NCBI GenBank assembly: GCA_900088475.1
Contig: FLMG01000094.1
Location: 1-61,530, forward strand
DNA: 61,530 nucleotides
Origin: Hyphochytrium catenoides
Lineage: Eukaryota; Protista; Hyphochytriomycota
Direction of reading: 5' to 3'
Shown here: piece after piece, positions 22,842-32,815 of the stretch
Layout of the letters: every line of letters begins with the position of its first letter
Position numbering within the stretch: position 1 is the first letter of the stretch
Made by a program: the position numbers and the translations under genes
Notes under the pieces: generated by a model
Databases searched by the model: none
What the model saw: only the letters and a program-made list of their open reading frames with translations
What the model was told of the DNA's origin: nothing

Positions 22842-25800
22842 TCACCTTTCTCTCCTGAGCAGCACCAGCGTGCTATTCAACGCGTGTACCTCGCCTTCCA
22901 GGTCCCGAACTCTCCTAGTAAGCCGCTGCACTGCGCCATGACGGTCTCCTCCACCAGCCACTGCGCGTCCAGCCACATAGCTCGCCCTCAGGTCTCCTCC
23001 CCCTGCTGCCTTGGCGCCCAATAGCCTTCGGTTCCGCCTCTGTGCCTCGCGTAGGCGAGACAGAGTGGCCGTGTTTCCATATCTTGCTTGGTTCGACTGA
23101 GAGAGCTCCAGGTTGTCCAGAAACAAGAGACACGCCGCCTTCACTAGATCTGCCCCCAGAAGGGCGAAAGAGAAGAGAACAGATCAAGGAGAACAGCAAA
23201 GGGTAAACGATGGGAGATGCCGTGAACGCCAGAGAGGGAAGAAGCTTACAACAAAGAATGCCACAAGGGATAAAGTGAAAGTTTATGAACTGGGACGGGA
23301 CGTCCAATACATGCTTCTCCTGGTCCGGGCCACATGAGTGCAAAGAACATAGAGAAAGGAGCAAAGGCTTGGGAGAGCACGAAAAGAGTGGGACAGGAAC
23401 AGAGAACAGAGAGACGGGGAAAGAGAAAATGTAGAGGTCACTGAGCCTAGCGCCCTTGACATCCCTTACCTCCAATAACAAACCAGAAGAGGCAATAGAC
23501 CAAGACAAACAGCACCATTAGACTGGACAAGTGCGGAGCAGGATGGAAGGGCCAAAAAACAGCGAATGCAGCGACAAGGAGCACACGAAGTGCAGTCACT
23601 CCTAACCCCAAGGCCCCAGGTCGTGGCGATAACATGAACAAACGCTCCTCCTTCGCAGAGTAGAAAGCTAAGGCGTCACTGACGCCAATCTGCAGGAACA
23701 TTAGGTTGAAGATCTGCCTATAGGCCAGCGGAGGAAGATGGAGCTGTCGAAAAGTGGACCGCGGATCATGCGAGGTTAACGCCCAGTGTAAGAGGAGTAG
23801 AGAAGAGACTACCAGAGAAGAAGAGAGAGAGAGAGAGGTCCATAATACTCTGCCAAAATCCCAAGTCTCTGGCCGTCTCCGGGCCCGGAACTTCTCTGCT
23901 GGCAGTCCCGAAGTAACGAAGAAGTGGAGTATGGTGACTATTATGAGAAACACTGTGGGCAAGCGGAAGGAGCTTGGAACCGGCTCTCCATGTCCTCCCT
24001 GGCTAGGACACATCCCGTTGACAGGCATAAACCCAGGATATCTGCAGCTGTCCGGGCGGACAAAGACGGTACCAATGAAGACAAACAGCAGCAGGCGGAG
24101 ACTGCAGGCCATCCTGTAGGTGATCGCACTGCGCATCCGCTGCACCACCTCCCGGGCAATTTTAATACCGCACACGAGAACAGAAAGGCCAGGCTTCGTC
24201 AGGACCACGTCAGCAGCACTTCTCGCTGCATCCACGGCCCCTTCCACTGCCACGCCAACAGTAGCCTTTCTAAGTAGTGGAATGTCACTGACAGACTCGC
24301 CTGTAGCCGATAACAAGCTGCCCCGGGACATCAGGACATCCGCAATGATTTGCTTCTGCTGAGGGTGGACTTGCGCGTAGGCATCAGCCGTCTCTAACAC
24401 CTCCGCGTAGTTGCTGGTGAGAGCCAGCTCACTTGGGACGAGTTGGTAGCTCCCCGCGGGCTCATCCTCATGGTCAGGGGCAGGAAGAACAGGAAGAGCG
24501 TTGGCCCCAATGACTGTGCTTCCTAGTCCGAGCTCACGGCAGACGTTAAGCGCATTAGCAGCTGTATCACCCGTCACAATTTTCACGTCAATGCCATGTG
24601 CCAACGCGTCGGCCACCGTGTCCTTAGCGTCATGCCTAAGGTTGTCTTTGAATGCAATGAGCCCCAAGAAGACCCAGAATCCATCTGCCCTACCATGATG
24701 GTGTGCCTGTTCTGCTGCTCCTGGGCCCGGTAAATGAGGCTGATGGCTGTCACTTTCGGAGAAAGCAGTGCGCGCAACAGCTAAGGACCGTAACCCTCTG
24801 CTTGCCAGCTCTAAGCAAGTGCTTTCGACTGCAGGGCGCAGGTCAACCGCGTTATGTGCAAGCTCTAGAACGGCTAAGGGACAGCCTTTGGTGGTCCGGA
24901 AGATGGCGCCGTTGGAAGCCCTTAATATGGCCTCTGAACGCCGTCTCTCTGCAGTGAATGCCTGGTAGTCCAGCTGCTCGTATTGGTCTAGCGGCCTTAG
25001 ATCAAGAGCGTTGAGACAAAGGACATCGATTGCATCTTTGGGAGGCTCTTTCCATTTTGACGCTAGCGCTGCCGCGACCAAGACGTCCTCTCTTGAGATA
25101 TTCTGTGCAAAGACAGAGATTTCTGACTGCATCTCAAGCTTGTTTCGTGTCAGCATTCCCGTCTTCTCTGTGAGTAGAAGGTTCACTCGAGCTAAAGCCT
25201 CAATAGCGCTAAAGCTGGTCACTACCACCTTCTCCTGGGCGAGCTGCTGAGATCCAATTCCAATGATAGTTTGGCAAGCCATTTGTAGGTTGATTGGGAT
25301 ACACGAGATGAGGATCACGGAGCAAATGATAGCTCCATGGGTAACAGAGTAGCCCTCAGCGAATAAGCGTCCTAGACAGAAGCCTAAGAGAAACAAAGAC
25401 AATACGAAGAGGTAGAGGAGCATTTGCATCACCACGGAGTGAGAAAGTCCTTTGTCTTCTAGCAAGTGAAGGCTCCGGACGCTCTGCCAGTAGAGAGTCC
25501 GAGAGCCTGTAGCCGTCACCACCGCTTCTGTCTCCCCTTTAATGACGAATCCCCCTGCCCTGACTGCATCACCTGTGCGGACTCTGACTCGCATACTGGG
25601 CCCAGTTAGAGAGCTCTCATCCACCACGACCTCCTTAGGGCCCACAATCATGCAGTCAGCCATCACGGCTGCTCCTGAAGGCAGCGAGACCCGGTCTCCA
25701 GGAACCAAGAGTGATGACTTGATTATCTGATAGACGCCATCGCGCTTAACTGATAAGGTTAACAAGAGGGCCAAACAATAGATTAAGCGATGAAAGAGCA

Positions 25801-26489
25801 ACCAACCAATGGACAAGCCCAAAAGGTGAGGGACACAGGGAAAAACGAGTACTCGGACGGCCTACTTTTTTGAGGTTAACGGACTAACCTTTGGCCTCGG
25901 GCGTTAGAGAGGATCGGAGCAGATTTGAAGCGATAGAGAGACGATTGCCCTCATTCCAGTTTATTGTCGCGTTAATTGCTTGGAGGAGGAGTAGCGCCAG
26001 AGCATCGGCCCATCTTGATTCCAAGCAACTGAGGATGAACCCTAGCCAGACCAACAGAGCTAATGGCCTGGTGAACTCTATGGCATAACCCCGCTGTAAG
26101 GACGGCAAGCGGATAAGATTGAGGCTTTGATCGATCAGCGTCAAGCTGAAAGTTGACAGCCTACCAGTCCGACTCCAGAAGCATCATGGAGGTCATTGCT
26201 GCCATACACAGCAAGGCGTTTAGCTGCCTCAACGCTGGATAATCCATTGTCAGGGGTTGGTGGAAGGTTATAATCAGGACCTTCCACACCAAAGTCCTTA
26301 CAGCCAAAGAGTTGTAAGACCAATCAGTCAAGCTATGAGGCAAAAGCACGATTATACCGATGAAGCGAAACTTACTTCTCCAAAGGTATAGGTCTGATGC
26401 TCGCGAATGCTCCCTGGTTGCTGGCCATTGCTGGAACGGGCAACTTCACTCCGTAAGAGAGACGTGTGCTCTTCTCCTTGCCTTGCCAT
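22842..26489 (-). CDS. P3A-type (plasma-membrane H+-ATPase family) protein with degenerate catalytic motifs, 5 exons, about 1,000 aa
   Basis: P3A scaffold: GLSSVEAAKRLAVYGSN, W.D...LLLLQAINATINWNE, VKRDG...LVPGD, AIEALA, KWKEPPKDAID, TKGCP, RGLRSLAVART, VKIVTGD, ATVGVAVEGAVDAARSAADVVLTKPGLS, YRMACSL, and a C-terminal coiled coil. Exon 1 is 26376-26489, the main exon is about 23470-25750, and the last exon (D|LVKAAC...) ends in TGA at 22842-22844. Confidence 0.9.
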
Positions 26490-27350
26490 GGCAGCCAGGT
26501 GCTACCCTACTATACAGCTAGTATATCAACTTTGGAAGGGCGACGAGTCTCTATGGTGGTGACGGCATACCACTCTCTAGCGTGGTAAGTAGATTTTGCT
26601 GGAACTTCTGACGCCCAATGAAAGTTGACTCCTCAAGAGTGCCTTATCCTTTGCTATGACAGCTGGCAGGGAGATGTTTGAATGGGAAGTAGCGACCTGC
26701 ACTCCTTCTGTTGGAGCATGGTGCATACTCACTTTCTCTTCAACTGCAGTTCATCGTTCTGCCGCTCTCATCTCTCATCAGCTGATGGCTTGCCTTCAAC
26801 TGAGCCTCTGAAGGTGATGATAGGCGTGTTCTTTCTACTCGTAGAGATCCGCCAAAGATTCACTCACTTGACCTGCTGCGAAACCCATAATCCATCATCG
26901 GGCAACCCATAATTCGCTGATTTTGCAAGTCCTTGGTAACCCATTATTCTGGGGCGTTGTGATTGGTCCTTTTGAGGCAAGAGTGAAGCAATCACCCAAT
27001 GAAAAGCCATCTTGATACTAAAGCGGGTCAAGGTTTGAAACTTGGGTATCTGCTAAAAGAGAGGACCCAGCTGAATATTTGATTATCGCCTTTAGGATGT
27101 TAAGGATAATCACGAATCTGATCTGTCAAGTTAATTTGTCAGAAGCGGTGATGAGCTTCTTGCCCAACCATTCGCCCTTGTCAACAGAAACGGAAAGCCG
27201 TCATCAGAGCTCTACAAAGAAAGCTCTGGTTGGATGCAGCTCTCTTTCTATCTATGAAGTGAAGTCTGGCTGGTCCTGCGCAGAGACATTGGCACAATCC
27301 GGACAGAATATCTGATAGACTGAGATATCTGCCTGAGCTCTATAGTGAGA
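26490..27350. promoter_or_regulatory. Putative bidirectional promoter between the divergent P3A-like gene and BRX1
   Basis: Head-to-head ATGs about 860 bp apart. CCAAT/ATTGG boxes lie near 26614, 26962 and 26996. Confidence 0.4.
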
Positions 27351-28868
27351 ATGGTGGCCAAGCCTTCCAGCAAGAAGCGTGCGGCACCAGCAGCGAAAGA
27401 AGCTGTAAAAGTATCCGACGAAAAGAGAGCTAGGTTGGAGGATGGTGCGCCAGGGCAGCCAGACGCAGATCAAGAGATGGAAAACTTAGTTTATGATGGA
27501 ACATACAAGAACAAACAGCGAGTGTTGGTCCTCTGCTCTCGGGGTATAGTCTCCCGCCATCGCCACTTTATGGAGGATATCAAACTTCTCTTGCCACATC
27601 ATAAGAAGGAGAACAAGTTTGACTCCAAGGGCACGCTCCAGGTTATCAACGACATAGCAGAGATGAAAGGATGTAATAACTGCATCTATCTGGAGACCAG
27701 AAAACGACAGGACCTGTACATGTGGATCAGCCGCACGCCTAATGGTCCTTCTGCCAAATTCCGAGTCCTGAATGGTACGCCTAAAGTGATGTCTTACGTG
27801 AGAGCGTGCCTCAACCTTATCTTCTTTGCTCTCGCCTCACACTTGCCAGTGCATACGATGGATGAGCTCAAACTCACTGGGAATGCCATGAGAGGCTCTC
27901 GGCCTCTACTATCCTTTGACACAGCCTTCGATAGCCAGCCCTATTTGAAGCTTATCAAAGGCATGTTTGTACAGGTAAAGCATAGATGATGGGCTGACAC
28001 TTGGCTACTAGGGCCCTCGCTCATTCTCCTACCCTAGGTCTGGGGAACACCGCGGGGCCACCCTAAGAGCAAACCATTCATTGACAGAATGATGTCCTTC
28101 TGCTTTTTGGATAACAAGATCTGGGTTAGGAACTGGCAGGTGAGACGCATTCGCAGAGGCTTTCAGACAAGAAGAGCGAGGGGAGAGATACTGTTGGGAA
28201 TCCTAGGCATGTGAGAGGATCAAGTCTCTTAACCCTGAGCAGAAGGAGCCAGGAGCGACAAGGAGTACATCAGCAACATCCTTCACTGCTGGCCAAAGAT
28301 ATATATTGTGGAGATGGGGAGATAGGGGAGTCTCTGTGGATGCAGACTTAACTGTGCCAGAAAGTAATACTGCTGCTTCCTCTTCTCAGATCATTGATGA
28401 AGGGGGAAACAGAAAGGAGGAGCTGGTTGCGGCACACAAGGGCGAAGATCTTACACAGCTTGTAGAGATTGGGCCACGCTTCGTCCTGGACCCGATCAGA
28501 ATTTTTGACGGCAGCTTTGGCGGTGCAACGCTGTATCAAAGCCCAAGCTATGTGTCTCCTAATGAGGTTAGTCTGCTTTGAGCTTTTACTTGGTGCTTCC
28601 TGCTTTCTTCTTTTTTTTTGACTTGAGACCATCAACAAGCTGTGTTCCCTCTCATCGTTATTCATGAACTTCCGTCTGTTTTTCTTTGGCGGACCTATCA
28701 TGGGGCATGTCACTGATATTGTGGTGGCTGCAGTTGCGACGAGAGCAGCACACAAAGCATCACAACAAGTATGCGAACAGAGTGGCAGCCAGACAAGCCG
28801 CCCAGCAGCGGAAGGCTGAGAATGTTATGCCTAAGGATGAGCTAGAGGATGTATTTAAAGCTGAATAG
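27351..28868 (+). CDS. BRX1: Ribosome biogenesis protein BRX1 (Brix domain), 5 exons
   Basis: KNKQRVLVLCSRG...RHRHFMEDI...LLPHHKKE.KFD...YLETRKRQDLYMW...NGPSAKF...VHTMDELKLTGN..RGSRPLLSFD...GTPRGHPKSKPFIDR...LVEIGPRFVL.PIRIFDGSFGGATLY. Confidence 0.97.
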
Positions 28869-31130
28869 ATTGATCTGAAGATCTCTCAATCAGAGTTCTC
28901 GCTTTCTATCTGCTAATCTCTGCGCGCGCAATTATGGGTAGACAAACGAAAGAGAGCTTTCGACTAGCACGCGATATTGGGAGTGGCTATGTGGCTGTCC
29001 TTTAAAAAGGCACCAATTGTGGCAATCTTTGCTGGTAGTCAGCAAAAGCTTCAGTGAGGTCGAGCATGTCGGCAGTGACGGGGCTTCGTTCCAACGCAGC
29101 AGCTTGAGAACGCTGATGAGCGTGGTCGAGAATGGACGGCCAATAATAGGATATATTGCTTTCTGTTCGTTCTTGGCCCTTGTCTCACAAAACCTTCTGC
29201 TATTATGGCTTCACAACACCTTCACGGTAAGAAAAAATGAAGAGGGATACTGAGTGGTGATCAAAGAGAAGAGAAGAACGCCCCAAATAAAGAGAACGAG
29301 GAGTCTGAGTGAGCTTCTATTGAATGGTTATTTGGTGGTGGTCTTGAAGCGGCGCTGTTATGGAGCGATTGCATCCTGGCGATTGGTGACCAGGATCATC
29401 AGTGACAAGGATGATGATGGTGGCTTATCCTTTGCGTAGCCGTATTTGTAGAGTAGACCATGATAACAAATGCAGAGAGGATGGGCATGCGTCAAGAAAG
29501 AGTGACGTGACCTATTTACTAGTCCACTCTCCTGTTCTTTCGCTGTCCCTCCTCTTCGGCCTTCGGGCCACCTTATTGGGACACTCAGTTATTTTATTGT
29601 TAGCTCGGAAGAGACGTCATCATCACCACCATCATGTCGACAGCAGCCAGTTGAGAGAAGTAGAACTACGATTGCAACAAGGTTCAGCGCAGCTTTCTAC
29701 AAGTGCAGGGACGGCGCACAAAAGATTAGATCATCGTAGTAGAGCCTAAAGGTCATCCTTTGAGCTTACTACTACTAATACATAATAAAGCGGGCTACTC
29801 GGGTCATCCTCCTCCTCCTCCTCATCCATCAACAGCCAGCAGCAGGAGGAGAGAGTAGCATCAGAAAGTGACGAGAAGAGGGCGAGGAGAGGAGGAGAAC
29901 AGGATGCAACCCAACAAGATGCAACTTCTCTTCCTCGTACTCATCATCACCGCGATCAGGTTCCTTCGCGGCTCCCAAATCATCAAGAACCACCAGCCGT
30001 TCCACCACGGAATCTTTCAAGGAACATTCGTTCTGAACCTTTCAGCAGCAACACTATCAAAGACCTTGTTGTGCGCGAACCTTCTTTTCGCCCAAAGTTA
30101 CGCAGAAGAAAGTTTCCGCCTCATCATGAGCTAATTCATGTCCGTTACACTCTCCTCGCGGATGATGATGGGACAGGAGGAGGACGAAGCCTGGGCTGGC
30201 GGCCCACAGAGCACAGGAGGAGCCCGTGTTCGGTTGGTTGTCTCCCTTCTTTCTTGGGACTCGGAGGCTTGAAGACAACCTCCTCTTTTTATGGGTACTC
30301 GCCCTTCTTCGCAGCAGCAAGCTCCTCAGAACCTCTTCGGCTCTTCTGCTGCTAGTGATGATTGATAAGACCACTGGAGTAGTAGTGCGCGGAAGGAGAA
30401 GTAAGCACATCCGCACTCAAGAGGCACTCAGGATCACCACTTGGGCACTTAGAGACCGCCCTACGTCACCCTGGACACTCCTCGTCCCGTGCTACGAATA
30501 CATTGACTGCGGCTTGGGAAGAACAAAAATAGCTGTGGCCCCCTTTCCTATGGCGGCCCCAATTCACCCTCTTGTGCTGCTCCATCTCTGGATTCTTCTA
30601 CAGTCTTGATGGCAGTAGAAACGCCTTCAAACCCTCGTCTTCTTACAAAAAACAACTTTTACCTCCGTCTATGGCAGGAGCTGGTGGCGGGCACTACTGC
30701 TTGAATGCAATACGTTTTGCTTTGAGCTCTCTCCCCCTGTCCCTACAGCTGCCTTCCTCACATCCCATAGGCGCGCCCATACTAATGATATAATAATAAA
30801 GCATGAGCTGAAGAAGGGCATTGACCGTAAATAGAAGGAAAGGAAATAGCTTTCCCTGGTTTGCCTTCGGGCGCTAGTGCCTTGCTTCTTTCCTTCTTGT
30901 TGTCTCGTCCGGATCTTCCTTTCTTCCCTTATACCATAGTCCCGCTTCTGAACGTTGAAAGAAGGCTGTTAAAGTGAATGTTGTTTGGCAGCATCCCTGC
31001 AGCCTTCAGCCGTCTGAGTGCCCCAAGAAGGGTGACGGTAGCCTCACCATCGGCGGATAAGTAGGCACATCAAGGCCAACCAAGACCAGGTGAAGCAATC
31101 GTCAAACGTTACATTGGAATTAACGTGAAG

Positions 31131-32815
31131 ATGCTAGCTGCAGGAGCGGCGGATGGAGAGGAGGAGGGCCAAGAGGTGATGAAGAGTACGGCTCACGACA
31201 CGGTGGCCCAGATCTTTATTGCGACACACGTGATCCTCACCTTGGTCATTACTTTGACATTTATTCTAAGGCGTAGCCTCTACCCTATGAACGTGATGCC
31301 GATCCACTGGTTGGTCTTTGCACACATCAGCACGCCCATAGGATCCTTTGCCTTCCTTAGCAACTCCTTCGACTATCCGTGCAAACCCTTCATTACCTTC
31401 AAGTTGCACTTGGGAGGCTTCTTCCCAGCCCTGCCATCATTGCTGTCCCAGTGCTTCATCCTCTACTATACTCATCGTCATCAAGAGAAGCAAGTTCTCC
31501 TTAACGCTGATAACAACAAGAAGATGGGATTTTCTGGGCGAAGAAGAAGAGCATTTGCGCTGCTGCCGGATTGGGTCTCGTATAAGGCAAAGAGGGAGAT
31601 CTACGCATGGATCACCTTCATCTTGGTCACGTTGGTTATATTGCCGCAAGGAGTCCTTGTCCTTGTGGCTTACCAGGAGGCTCAAAGGCCGGAGACTCCG
31701 GACTCGGATCTTCTCTTTGAGTTGAAGACATGCACTGCCACAGCAGGCTATGTGGTATGTGATAGTAGTAGTGTCAGACTCTTTGCTCCCTTGCTCAATC
31801 TCTGTTCTGTTTTCCGTGAGAGATACATAGTTTGACCTCTTGTCGCTGGTATAATAGGTCTTATACAGGCCAGTCGCCACAGTCGCTCTTGGCCCATTGG
31901 TCGTGTTGACCTATTCGAGTTAAGGAGGCATTTGACATGAAGAAGCACTTTATGTTGTGCATCATATACACGCTCGTGGTGGCTCTTCCGCTACAAGCTG
32001 TAGACATTGTCCTAACAGGATCAGCCGCTTCAACTTGGTTTCATCCTTTCTATCTCTTCATGTACTCTCTGGTCTATGTCATGTACGAGATCAACTGCGG
32101 CATCCTGCCTATCAGAACGTCTTTCATAGAGGCGAATCGGAGGTTGAAAGAGAGCTCACGACGTCCCTCTCGCTCGATCATTAGAAGTCCAAAGGTGCAT
32201 TCTACGGTGGAGCTGAGGTCGATATTGACGGCAAACTGCCCTGGTGTCAACGAGCGGTTCCAGGACTATCTGATAAAGGAGTTCTGCGTAAGATCCCTTC
32301 GAAGACCTCTCTTCTCTTCTGAGACTTTGTTCCTTCGCCACTGAGGTTGTCTTACGAGCCCTATTCTCGCCCTTTTGCTACGACGTACTATATATGTTGA
32401 TTAGGTTGAGAATCTCCTGTTTTTCAAGGCAGTCATGGCGTACCGCATATCAAGTGATGGAACAGCGATGTTGGCCTCTGCGAAGAATATTGCTCAACAG
32501 TTCTTGACGCCAGCAGGCGCATCTAGGGAGGTGAATATAAGCAGTGAGATGCGGATCAGAATTGTGAACGCGCTGGGCCAGCTAACGCCGACAACTGTGG
32601 AGATGGACTTCTTTGTGAAGGTGGAGCAGGAGGTCCTCTCTATGATGTTGGACCCCTTCAACCGCTTTCTCAGTACGGAAGGGATTCTCATACCTTTGGA
32701 GGCCTACGGGTCTAGTGCCCTGGCTGGGAAGAATGATGATCAGAGCAAGTCCGCTGTCAAGGGCAGCCCCACGAATCATAAGGATGATGACGTCGTGATG
32801 CCCTACTCAGGCTGA
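31131..32815 (+). CDS. 7TM-RGS protein (membrane-anchored regulator of G-protein signalling), 3 exons, with an apparent frameshift near 31909-31915
   Basis: Hydrophobic N-terminal region with FILRRSLYP after TM1. The spliced RGS box is FQDYLIKEFC|VENLLFFKAV...QQFL...REVNIS...EVLSMMLDPFNRFL. Confidence 0.8.
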
